Assembly: GCA_905178155.1 (NCBI GenBank)
Contig: CAJINV010000004.1
Location: 1,364,881 to 1,428,880 of the forward strand
Source of the DNA: Amoebophrya sp. A120
Lineage: Eukaryota; Protista; Dinoflagellata
Length of the DNA: 64,000 nucleotides
Reading direction: 5' to 3'
Shown: one piece after another, positions 23,606-34,685 of the stretch
Position numbering within the stretch: the stretch's first letter is position 1
Layout of the letters: every line of letters begins with the position of its first letter
Notes under the pieces: model-generated
Told to the model about the DNA's origin: nothing
Seen by the model: only the letters and a program-made list of their open reading frames with translations
Database searches by the model: none
Made by a program: the position numbers and the translations under genes

Positions 23606-23649
23606 TGCGAGCGACGCTCCCCAGGGCCAGGGGGCCCTGCTTCTCATTG

Positions 23650-24140
23650 TTGCCCCGCGCCGTTTCGCCGCGTTTCTCGATGTTCTCCGAGCGCGGGGGC
23701 CCCGTTCCCCCGTGTTGCCCGGCGCCTTGGGGCCGCGTTTCTCGGTGTTTCTCCGAGCTTGGGGGCCCCGCTTCTCAATGTTGCCCCGCGCCTGGGGGCC
23801 CCGCTTCTCAATGTTTCCCCTTGTTTGGGGGCCGCGTTTCCCGATGTGCCTCCGCGCCTGGGGGCCCCGTTTCTCAATGTTGGCACGCGCGGAAAGGAAA
23901 CTATGCAAACATTGAGAAACGGGGCCCCCAAAGCGTGGGGGCACATCGGGAAACGCGGCCCCCAAACACGGGGAAACATTGAGAAACGGGGCCCCCAAGG
24001 CGCGAAGGCACGTCGAGAAACGCGGCCCCCAGGCGCGGAGCAACATTGAGAAACGGGGCCCCCAAGCGCGGAGAAACATGAGAGGCGCCCGCGGCCCCAA
24101 GGCGCGGAGAAACATCGCGAAACGGGCTCCCCAAACGCGG
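23650..24140. repeat. ~33-bp GC-rich tandem repeat that inverts at ~23895
   Basis: GGGGCCCCGTTTCTCAATGTT copies followed by AACATTGAGAAACGGGGCCCC copies. Confidence 0.9.
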
Positions 24141-24160
24141 AGCAGTTCGGTCTCGGTCTG

Positions 24161-24526
24161 GGCCAATTTGCATTGCAGGCCTGTCCGGATTCAGTTTCGG
24201 GCACTTTTGCAATGAAAATTGGCCAAGATGAGGCCAATTTGCATTGCAGGCTGGCCCGGATTCGGTTTCAGGCAATTTTGCAATGCAAATTGGCCAAGAG
24301 GAGGCCCATTTGCATTGCAGGCGTGCCCGGATTCAGTTTCAGGCATTTTTTGCAATGCAAAATGGCCAAGATGAGGCCAAGTCGCATTGCAGGCTTGCCC
24401 GGATTCAGTTCCGGGCAATTTTGCAATGCAAACTGGCCAAGATGAGGCCAGGTTGCATTGCAGGCTTGCCCGGATTCAGTTTCAGGCAATTTTGCAATGC
24501 AAACTGGCCAAGATGAGGCCAATTTG
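24161..24526. repeat. 71-bp tandem repeat, 5 copies
   Basis: Units start at 24161, 24232, 24303, 24375, 24446 (partial at 24517); each holds inverted TTGCATTGCA...TGCAATGCAA. Confidence 0.92.
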
Positions 24527-25625
24527 CCGGATTTGTCATGCAGATTGGCCCAACGAGCCAATCCTCCTGACAGATCTGCGTCGCATTTACTGCCTCTTTT
24601 GCTGGTCCGGGCTTCTCGAAATCCGGACCACCAAAGGAGCCAGGTGTTGTTTTCCCAAAAGAGCCACTGGCCCTCGCAGTTTGGGAAGCCCCCAAGTCAA
24701 ATCTGCCCAGATTTGTCATGCAAAATGGCCACCCGGGGCCGATTTGCATCGCCCGCCCGCGGGGAGCCCTTTCTGGGGGCAATTTGTGCTGCCCCTGCCC
24801 ACCCGACCGGATTTGGGCATCGGGCGCATTTGCAATGCAAATGATGCCAGATCTGTCATGCAAATTGGCCAACCGGGGCCACCCGGGCCAATTTGCACGG
24901 CAGCCCGCGGGCCGCCTCGAACCATGGGCGAGTTTGTCATGCAAAACCCCCTTTCCGGGCAATTTGCATGACAAACTCGCTGGGCGGGTGCCCGCGATGA
25001 CAGGTTGCATCGCAAATCCGCCTCCTCGCACGGAGGCCATCGCGAAGTTGCAGCTCAGCCTCCAGGCTGAGCTGCAACTTTGCTCCCGGGGAGCGCAAGT
25101 TGTCGGTGCTGGAGCCAGTGGTTCCGGCACGGGACGGATCTTTCCGTGCGTCAAAACTTTTTGACGCGCGGAAAGATCTTTTCCGTGCTGGTGCCACCAA
25201 TTGATTTGTGCTAAGAGCCACTGGCTCAAACAGTCGGGCGCCTGCTTTTGGGGGTTCCGGATTTGTCATGCGGATTGGCCCAGAGAGCCAATCTTCATGA
25301 CAAATCTGCATGACAAATCTGCGTCACATTTACTGGTTCTTTTGCTGGTCCGGGCTTCGATACAACTCCAAACTCTTGGAGTTGGATCGAAATCCGGACC
25401 ACCAAAAGAACCAGATGTTGTTTTCCTAAAAGAACCACTGGTTCTCACAGTTTCATCCCAGGGGGGAGCTCGGTCCAGAGGACAAACATTCTCGCATTTT
25501 CAAACTTTAAAGCGCTTTCTTCATCCCAGGGGGGAGCTCGGTCCGTCAGGACAAGCAGCCCAGCACTTTCAAGCTTTAAAATGATTTTTTCATCCCAGGG
25601 GGGAGCTCGGTCCGTCAGGACAAAC
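24527..25625. repeat. Mixed repeat block
   Basis: Duplicated block (~24530-24670 vs ~25258-25440), many TTTGTCATGC motifs, three copies of TTTCATCCCAGGGGGGAGCTCGGTCC. Confidence 0.8.
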
Positions 25626-26805
25626 TTTAGCCGCCTCAAAGAGAAAAAACTTAAAAAAAAAGAAAATTTGAGACAAGCCAGCAGATACATAATGCATGGT
25701 CTCTGAGAATAATAGCAATCCAATTTATTGACATTTGTGCACTTTTTCTTACCCCTCTGCATAAATATAGCGCACAGCTGACGGCTTTTTCAAAATTTTT
25801 CAAAAATAAAAAATTTTCTAGGAGGATGACTATGGTTATGTCTTCACCACCAAAAGACACGCACTAGAGATTGACTATCTCAGAGAGTGTTTTCTTTGTA
25901 TGTAGTGGATTGCCACTCCTGATCTTTTCGGTTTCTTGACCATTTTGGAAAATTGTGAAAAAATCATAAAAATACTTCCACAACTGCCCACACCTCCAAT
26001 CTAGTGCAAGCCCCCTCCCCCTTGCACCTCCGCTGAGGCCTGTTGCCTCTTCTTCACTGCCGGGAGCGGAGTAAATCCGTTGACGCACTGCCAAACGCGT
26101 TGAAAGAGCTGCCCGCGGGCCCGGAATCCGGTGCCGGATACCGTCGCCTACCGCCGGGCTTATAGCTTTGTGCCCCATCTTCCACAGCCGCCGATTCATC
26201 GCGGTGCCGTGCCCCCACCGCGGCGCCGCTCGTCGCGAGCGCTGCGCGGCGCTCCTCGCGGGCTTCGTCCATAGCGACCCTGTTCTACGTCAGCTTCGCC
26301 GATCGCAATAGCCGTCCTGTGCCCGCGGGCCGCGCGGATCGCGATCCTGTGGCCCGCACGGATCGCGGCCGGTTCGCATGCTAGCGTCGCCGGTCCGCGC
26401 CGCGGCTGCTGCTTTCTTATGGCGCACGGGCGTGGGCTTCGGCTTGGCCGAGGCGCGGCCGTCCGTATCTGCGGTAGCCCACCGACCAGCAGGGCGGCGC
26501 AGCTCGCATGGCGCTCTCGAAGCAAAGTGTGTCGGTCCTGGAGTAACAAGAGCGTCTCGGTTTCAAATGCGTATCTCTGTCACCGCGTGATCAAAATCTT
26601 CCAACAGCTGATCCCTAGATCGTGCAAAGTAAAATCGTTCCAGAAATGAAATTCCAATCGCGAATCTTGTCAAGAAGATTTGCCGAAAGTGCGCGCAAAG
26701 CAGTGTTGAAAAAAATTATCCGCGGAGATTAAAAATACCAAAACAGGTGGTTTTTTTCGCGCTCGAAAACTGTATGAAACTCGCTTCCGTCTGATTTTTC
26801 ACATT

Positions 26806-29325
26806 ATGCCTTCTTCGCCGAGTCGTGCGCTCGATCAGCGCATCCGGCGCACCACCGTAACCGTCGCCACTCTCGGGGGCGATCCCATCTTGGAAACCCA
26901 TGCGCAAGTCGTGCGGAAGGAGGCTCAAGAGAAGAAGCAGACCACTACCCGCCCCGGGCGCGCGCAAAAAGTGCGCTCGGAAGCGACACTTCTCCTACCG
27001 GAAGATTATTTTTGCCCTACGTCCTCACGACGTCCAACCGATACTTTTTCTTTTCGCAGCAGCCAGCAAGAACGGCACCTTTGCACGCTGGAGGATGTCG
27101 AAAAGCTAGCCGTGGAGCGGTTGGAAGCGCTTCGGGACGCCCACCTGGAGGAGCGACGGGCGGTTTACGCGTCCGCGTGCGGCTTAGAGGACGAGCGGAA
27201 GTTTTTCGTTCTGCAAGAGTCCTCGCGTGTATGCGCAGAAGGAGTTCATCTTCCTCGCAGATTCGACCCGACAGAACCAAAACAAGACCGTAGCTGTCCC
27301 GAGACTTCTCCGTATACAACTCCCGCGCCTTGGACCGACCATCGCATCCTGCGACAGGCGCTGGCGGGGTGTTACGGTCAAGGTGCAGCTGCCCAATCCC
27401 CGGTTTTCGACTGCGCCGAGCTGTACCGCGGTCGCTGCGAGGTCGGGGGTGCGCCGGGTGTCGCGAGAATTCTCGTTCACGAGGGGCAGAACTCCAGCTC
27501 GTCCGGTGGGCAAGGATTCTCCGAGGAACTCCGGAAGCACTTGCGCGGTGCAAAATCCTCCTTCCGGGCGAGGAAAGAAGATGCGGTAGACCACGGCGAG
27601 AAAATTCCCCAGCAGCACCGAGGAGCTACCCAAGGTCATAGTACAACTCGCAGTTGTAGCGGTAACCACAGTTCTTCCGCGTCAGGATCCGGAGTGGATG
27701 ATCCCAAACAGGCCGCTGCAGCCCCCCTGCAGGACCCGCGAGTAGTAGAGACATCAAGCACCCGCTGCAATTTCATGCGCAGAAATCATGATCAACAACT
27801 CCGTGACCGCTTCACCCGTTACCTCTCGCCGGGGAAAGTGCATCTGTGCCGCTGGGAACTAGACGAAGCGAAGTGGGGACCGGTGCTGCGAAATTTCGTC
27901 GACGTGGAGGAATTCGATGAAAAGGCTGTGCTGGCTTTCACCCTGGTGCTGGAGAAAACGAATGTTGAGCAGGATTATTTTAACAAGGGAGCCAAATTAT
28001 ATGGCGACGTAGGACCACGGGACGACTTGTTGCTGATTCCGATAGACCGGCTGGGTTCTTCACCCGGAGGCTTTTTGGTCCCGGTGCAACGAACGATGAA
28101 CCGCACGCCTGCGAACAACATCACACTTGCCGATGGGGTCATAGAAGATGAAGACGTCGACGCGTCAACAAACCAGGTACGCACCTTTTACGCTTCTCCG
28201 CAGACGCGGAGCTTTTGCCAAAACTCGGTGAAGACAACTAAACGTCCATGCGGTGGCGACGATGAAGTGGGTAAGACGAAATCTGAAAACTCGAAGGCCT
28301 TCTCTTTCACTTCTGCTACCGAGGAAGCGAGATTCTGGGCAATGGTTGATTTTTGCTGCGAAAAAGCGGCGGAGCGGTGCTGGGGCGGCGGGGTGGTCGA
28401 AGTGGTGGCGGCGCTTGGTTGTACTTGCTGGGATGTTGAACAAAAGGGGTCTACTTCGTCCCTTGATGGTGTTCCGACCACCCAAGCTGATGCTGGAGGG
28501 GAAATAACATCCCGCTGTGTTCTCAGTACGCCGCAACCCGCCCTTCCGTTCAGCGCCTGGCTTCGCGAGCGGCAGGAGACGGAGGTGAAGAAGACGCTGG
28601 TGGAGAACTTGTACCTGCTAGACCTCCGTGCAGGCGGGGACGAAGTTTGTGAAAATAGTACCCTCGTCCCCGAAGTAGATGAAGCACATGATGCTTCTAT
28701 CTCCGCTCTCGTTTCCTCTGCCGACAGAATCCGGTTCCGGGAGATACGGTCGCGGGCGGGGCAGATTCGAGAACAACTCGCGGTCGTGGATCGGAAGTAC
28801 GAGCATCTTTTTGGCTACTTTGAAGCGCTGGAATTGCACAGAAGAGAGGCTGGTGCAACGGATGCACTGGCTCGGTTGCCGGAAGGGAGCGACGAAGAGG
28901 CATTGCAGCGGCAGGTGGAATGCGGATTATCTTCGCCGTTTGTGCTGATTCCTACCCGTGTGGAGGAAACAGGAAGCGACTCGTTTCCGGCAGAAGAGGA
29001 GAAAATTGTTTCATATTGCGAGCAAGAGGAATTTTTCGCTTCTGATGAAGAAGGTATGGAGGGCGAAAACTGCGTGGTTTCGGTTGACGATGCTGCATCT
29101 ACCGGCTCAACAGCGGCACGCGATTTCTGGGACGCCGGCGAGGACGAAAATTGTAGTGCAAAACTGATGCGCGACGAAAGCGACCCAGTGCTACCAGAGA
29201 ACGGCGCTGACCGAGAAGATTTTAGAGACCTACAGTCACTTTTCAAATCGACTCCAATAGATTCCCTTCCTTTATTTCCACTCGAGCTCTCTATGCTCGT
29301 GAAAGACCGTGGGTATAATTATTGA
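26806..29325 (+). CDS. Hypothetical protein, 839 aa, single exon
   Basis: Uninterrupted 2.5-kb ORF starting at ATG, acidic C-terminus; no domain recognised. Confidence 0.75.
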   Translation: MPSSPSRALDQRIRRTTVTVATLGGDPILETHAQVVRKEAQEKKQTTTRPGRAQKVRSEATLLLPEDYFCPTSSRRPTDTFSFRSSQQERHLCTLEDVEKLAVERLEALRDAHLEERRAVYASACGLEDERKFFVLQESSRVCAEGVHLPRRFDPTEPKQDRSCPETSPYTTPAPWTDHRILRQALAGCYGQGAAAQSPVFDCAELYRGRCEVGGAPGVARILVHEGQNSSSSGGQGFSEELRKHLRGAKSSFRARKEDAVDHGEKIPQQHRGATQGHSTTRSCSGNHSSSASGSGVDDPKQAAAAPLQDPRVVETSSTRCNFMRRNHDQQLRDRFTRYLSPGKVHLCRWELDEAKWGPVLRNFVDVEEFDEKAVLAFTLVLEKTNVEQDYFNKGAKLYGDVGPRDDLLLIPIDRLGSSPGGFLVPVQRTMNRTPANNITLADGVIEDEDVDASTNQVRTFYASPQTRSFCQNSVKTTKRPCGGDDEVGKTKSENSKAFSFTSATEEARFWAMVDFCCEKAAERCWGGGVVEVVAALGCTCWDVEQKGSTSSLDGVPTTQADAGGEITSRCVLSTPQPALPFSAWLRERQETEVKKTLVENLYLLDLRAGGDEVCENSTLVPEVDEAHDASISALVSSADRIRFREIRSRAGQIREQLAVVDRKYEHLFGYFEALELHRREAGATDALARLPEGSDEEALQRQVECGLSSPFVLIPTRVEETGSDSFPAEEEKIVSYCEQEEFFASDEEGMEGENCVVSVDDAASTGSTAARDFWDAGEDENCSAKLMRDESDPVLPENGADREDFRDLQSLFKSTPIDSLPLFPLELSMLVKDRGYNY

Positions 29326-29839
29326 AAACGAATAAAATCGACAAAATGACTTTATGTATTGTTCCCCAATCATTATCAAAAAAATCCTGCTACGTATGCG
29401 CTTCATGCTTCTACATGTTTCCACAACTGATATTGTTCCAATAAGCAGTCAACCTGCAGGCTTCTTCTCCAGCGGCAAAATGAGCTGGAGAAATGTTTCG
29501 CAGTAAGATCTGATGGAATCCATTTGTGAACAACAAGTTTTCTTTTGCGATCCTGAAGTGACAGAGTCGAAAACCTTTTTCATCCGCGGTTGACGAGATC
29601 CGTAGTACTGAAACAAATCACGGCAGGATCACAAAAAATTCAGATGTCTGTTTTGGTTGTTGAATGATTTTCTTTTGCTGTTTTCTGCATTTCATCCCAG
29701 GGCACTGAAACAAGGTTCAAAATTAAGTCGCACTTCGAAGATAGTCTCACCCTTTGTTTTCGATTGCGTTTTGCACAACAGTAGAATTAAGTTTGAATTT
29801 TTCTACTTTACTTTCTCGGAAAACTCTTAAAAAAGAAAC

Positions 29840-32800
29840 ATGGGCCTGTTCGTGTTGCCAGAAGATACCGGTGCCGGTTGGGGCCCGAGCGGCGAGTCGT
29901 CGTCGTCCCTGCCGAAGTATCCGATCGAGAACATCAACAGGTATTGAATAAAGATTTTTTTGTAGTTGTTTTGCATGCGAAAAACGACGATATACCATGT
30001 ACGTGATATCGCTACGCAAAAGTGGTCTCCTTCCCGAAAAACACAAACTCCTCACCCCAGATACCCCCCGGCGCGCGTGGGTAAAGCTTGCGACTTCACC
30101 CAGGCCACCCAGGACCGCATTCGGCAGATGCAGGCGCGTGACGCGGCACAGGGCGGCAATATGCAGGGCCGAAAACAGAACACCTGGGCGCAGCAACAGC
30201 AGCCGCTCGTGGTCGAGGACGGCTATAACTTGGTGGACACAAAAGCGAGCGCGCGGAAGAAGCAGAACAGCGGCTACGCACAGAGGAGCCGACCGAATTA
30301 TCAGCAAAGTAGAGAAGCTAATGTCAGATTTATTTGTAATGCGTAGAAATAGAATTAGAATAAAATACAGCTAGACCTAGAGCTGCAGATGAAGTAGAAG
30401 TCGTGTATGAAAACTTGTCGTGCGCGAAGCGGAATGAGATGAACCTGTGCTGTCTAGCGTGATATCCTTGTTCCGTCAAAACCTCCAACCAAAATCACGC
30501 CCACAGTGAACCAGAACGCGATTAAGCAGCAGAACTACCAGGAGGGTATTTTGGGTAAAAACGCGAAGACCAAGCCCACCGACCCGAAGAAGGCCGCCGC
30601 GGCGAAGGGCATATCAAATGCAAAAATGTCTGGGTCTGGAAGGATGCAAGGTTTGCCATGCACATTTTGCATGACTCCTGATGTCTGCGATGCATGCCCT
30701 AGCATCACAGATCTTGTGAGGGCTTTCTGATGCCTATACCGTATGAGAAATGCCCTCTCGCCGGGGCCAAAACCAGACCTCTTTTGCTGTTCATGCAATA
30801 CAGATTTTTGGATAATGCAGACGAAGCATGACAAGTTGCATTCTTCCAGACCCAGACACTTTTACAGTTGATAGGGCAAGGGGAAGGGCAAGGGAAAAGG
30901 CTTCAACAACCGCCGGGGCATGCAGGCGCCGACCTTCCGGGACTGGAGTGTGCCCGTCAAGAACGATTGGGAGACTTTGGTGGAGTTCCCTTTGACCGGG
31001 TTTGTCAAGATGGGCTTGGACGCAAGACAGGTGAAAGCCGAGGACTTGGTGTGGTGCGGAAAGCTCTACCACGTCAGCAAGGCCTTCGACCGGGTGAATT
31101 TTCGGCAGGCAAAGCAGCTGCCGGTCGCCAACGACGTCAACTTTTACAACGTATTCTGGTTGATGATATGTTGCGATTTCACTTTTTACAAAAACACATT
31201 ATGTTATCCTTTTGATGCTACACCAGTGTTTATTTGCATGCACAAACAAAGTCACGTGGAAAATAAGATCAACATCAAGCACGTCAAATTACGCATGACA
31301 ACAAGAACCTTCTCCCAACAACAGCCCACCACCACCCAAGACGAGACTATTGAGGCTCTGATGACCGACGACTCCAGCATTGAGGTCGCGGGAACGGATC
31401 ACATCCTCGCCTGTCTCATGGCCGCGGGGAGAAGTGTGTACTCCTGGGATGTTTTGGTCCAGAAGATCGGCAACAAATTGATCTTCGACAAGCGCGACGG
31501 CGCGCCGTGCGATTTCACGACCGTGAACGAAACCGCGCAGGAACCGCCCAGCTACAACCCGGAAGACAAGGACAGCATCAACGCACCACCCAAGCTGTCC
31601 CGGGAAGCCGCACGTACTTATTTTTTGGAAAAATTTTTTCGTGGCTGATTTGGTGACTAAAGTTATTTTTCAAGAACACGTGTGCATGACAATTCCTGAT
31701 CATAGTGCTGTGTATGTGTTTCGGCCTTACAAATTCCACAACTAAAAACAGGTGTCAACCAGAACTTTTCCGAGTGCGTCGTGGATCGCAAAATCGACCC
31801 GGAGGAGCACGAGCCACACCCTTTTGGTGACGACGAAGAAGAGGAAGTGTCGGCAATCTGCTACCGATACAGAAAATTCACCCTGCCAGGTATCTATAAT
31901 TAAAGTAACTGTGTGCTTCTTCAACACTGGGATTTGATGACATATATGCACCTCACCACCTGCTGGCTTTTCTTCGCAGCAGCACTACAAGCTGCTGTGA
32001 CAATTATGTTTGGAGTTGCGGACGACCGGCGCTGTGCAGGAGGATGAAATTTCAACGAGACGATCTTCAAGCACACAAGAATACACAACAAATAGCCACG
32101 TCGAGTTGTGTCAAAATATGAAAATAAACCACAGGTGACAAGAAATCTCCGGACCCGCTCCGACAGCAGGACGTGGCGATGGTGGTTCGCGCGGAAGTGA
32201 GCGGAAAAACCGCCAGCCAGTACGTGTCCGCAAAGTGCCTGAACTATTTCGAGGCGATATTCTGAGTAAAAACGTCCCCACCCCAGAGTTGTGATGCAAA
32301 TCTGCATGCCAAAAAAGTTTCTCATGCGGAACCCCATGAGAAGCATTTTCTAGCCGTGTTTGGGAATTTGTGATGCTAGAATCAGCATGATGTGCTAGAT
32401 CTGTGATGCTTTTCAACCAGCTAAACAGGATTACGCTACGAGGACAAACTTGTCATGCGAAACAACCAAAGCTGGTGGATTTGTTATAGCAGATTCGTTC
32501 CGCATCTTGACTGTGTTGTGGGGACGTTTTTCCTCAGGATAGGCGAAGAATTCCACTATCACGTGGCGACAACACTTGGAGGCGCAGCCCGGTGCGGTCT
32601 TGGCGAACGAACTGAAAAACAACAGCTTCAAACTCGGAAGATGGGTGGCGCAGGTATAATCAATCTACAAAAATGTATCGCCACAGTGAAAGTAGGTCTG
32701 GCACCAGTGGACCGTGTCTGTACTTAATTACATGCGGGATCTTTTTACCACAGCTAGATGCCGTGGGCATTACTCAAAAACTTGCATATATGACATGAAT

Positions 32801-33427
32801 ACAGGCTATCCTCGCCGGTTGCGAGCAGATCAAGCTGGGTTACGCCATGCGGCAGCGGGAGTCCGACCCCATGTTGCACGAGCTGGTGTGCGTGCAGGCG
32901 CAGCCGACCAACCAGCTGGCGTCCCAGATTTCCCTCTCCTTAAACAACGCGTTTGGCATTCTCCGGCACATCATCGACACTTTGCGGGACCAGGAGGATG
33001 GCTCGTTTATCTTCCTGAAGGACCCGAACAAACCGATCCTGCGACTCTACTCCGTGCCGGACGGGTGCTTTGATCCGGATGAGGAGGACGAGGAGGAGGA
33101 AGATGGTGAGGACGAAGAGGACGCGTCGGATGATATCCTGTGTAAAAACGTCCCCACCCCAGAGTTGTCATGCAGATTTGCCATGACAGGAACATTTGTG
33201 ATGCGCAACCCCATGACAGGCATTTTCAATCGTGTTTGGGAACTTGTAATGCTGTGAACAGGCTGAGCAGATGATTCTGTGACGCGGCTGCACTTGCTAA
33301 CCTGCACTACACTGCATAGTGCAACTTGTCATGCGTGACTCACAAAACTCCTAGGTTTGTGTTGCAAAATCCCAATCCTGACTCTGATGTGGGTACGTTT
33401 TTACTCAGGATAGATGACGACGCATAA
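29840..33427 (+). CDS. EIF3D: Eukaryotic translation initiation factor 3 subunit D, multi-exon
   Basis: GWGP N-terminus; [36 protein letters not shown]; [10 protein letters not shown]; [27 protein letters not shown]; [16 protein letters not shown]; acidic tail. Confidence 0.96.
30612..30873. mobile_element. TIR introner (family B)
   Basis: TSD GGGCA; removal gives AKG|KGKGKG. Confidence 0.93.
32258..32541. mobile_element. TIR introner (family A)
   Basis: TSD GGCGA; removal gives YFEA|KNSTITWRQ. Confidence 0.93.
33134..33412. mobile_element. TIR introner (family A, second interior type)
   Basis: TSD GATGA; removal gives ASD|DDA*. Confidence 0.92.
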
Positions 33428-34685
33428 AGAAGAAATTCAAGTTGCGGTCAGATCAACATCTTCCCTGGTCGTGCTGTCCTCTCAGTAGAAGATGTTGACA
33501 TCACCAGGGGAATTTCAAAAGTGCTTCTTGAACAAGATGGCGCGGCTAACGGTGAATTTCTACACGGAAGAGTATGAGTAAGCACTTTTCGTTTTCGACG
33601 CGACCTCCAAAGGAACATCAACATCATCGACAATCGGAGATGACACTGACAACTACCACACCGTCTTCCCACGACCGTCTCAACAAGCAGGAAGTGTACT
33701 GTTAAAGCAAGCAGCCGGAGTCATGAAGAGATCGTTAGGAAGAGCCAAAACGATCCGCGCGGTTCATCTCTTCTAATGCTCTCGGCCGAGCTAGCTGTTT
33801 TGCGATGCGACAAGGACGAAAATTATGTGTCAAGAGGAGAAGTCTTCTTGCGTAGGTTTTCTTGTGCAAGGGGTCGGCTCGTCTGATGCGATGAAGAATA
33901 ACCCATATTTTTATTTTGCTTATACGAAGTAGAACACTACACGACCATGGAGTTATCAAGAGCACAGAGACTGTTTCACAGTCGGACATCAAACTTTTTC
34001 ACTTTTATTTCACCAAGCAAACTTACGCTGCAAACTCAAATGAGATTTTCTTCACCATCTCATCGCAGGATAGTACAACTTCACACGATAATTTGATACG
34101 CTCAACACTTCGAATCCGTCGGAAGAATTTTCAACACCGTTGAATCACACGCCGGTTTGTTTCACGGTGCACAGATTTTACGGTGTTTTGTTGTTCAGAA
34201 TTTATTTCCCGGGCGCACCGCGGTTGTGGTTTTTCTTCTATTTTTAAAATGAACACAGCGCGTATAATTTTATCGTGTTTCAACAGCCGCGTGCCATCTC
34301 GTCGTCGTTGTCACAGCACGACAAATAAACCCGAGCAAAAAAAAGTGGCCGATGAAGGTTCAAAGTCTACTTCCGAGAGTGCAGCGCGTTCTTTCCAGTG
34401 TGGAACACAAAAAGCGCGAAGAACTTCTGCTGTTGTTATAAATTCTTCAATAGTTCTGGTCGATTGCTGCAAAAACCTCTATCGCTCTTGATCTCGAAGT
34501 CTACTTCTACCTAGTTGGCCGCGGGAGTTGAAGAACTACAAACTCGCAACTGAGAGAAAAATATGCCCCCAAGGAGGACGACGCAGCGGTTGTTTAGAAG
34601 CGAGCTTTCCTGATTCGCTTCCTCGCCTAAGCGGGACGTCGCAAACACCGCTTTATTCCCGCGGATCCACCAGCGAGAACATAAC

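Noticed and set aside
22820-24526. CRISPR-like repeat array
   Set aside because: Units lack unique spacers, change orientation, have no cas genes nearby and the context is eukaryotic
22422-25311. Long ORFs (497, 412, 285 aa and others) in the repeat block
   Set aside because: Products of stop-poor GC-rich tandem repeats, open on both strands
26000-26030. Helitron 3' end (GTGCAAG...CTTGCAC hairpin next to CTAG)
   Set aside because: CTAG overlaps the hairpin, the next base is not T and no matching 5' end was found
31151-31324. 58-aa insertion in eIF3d in the ORF track
   Set aside because: It is a stop-free 174-nt GT-AG intron
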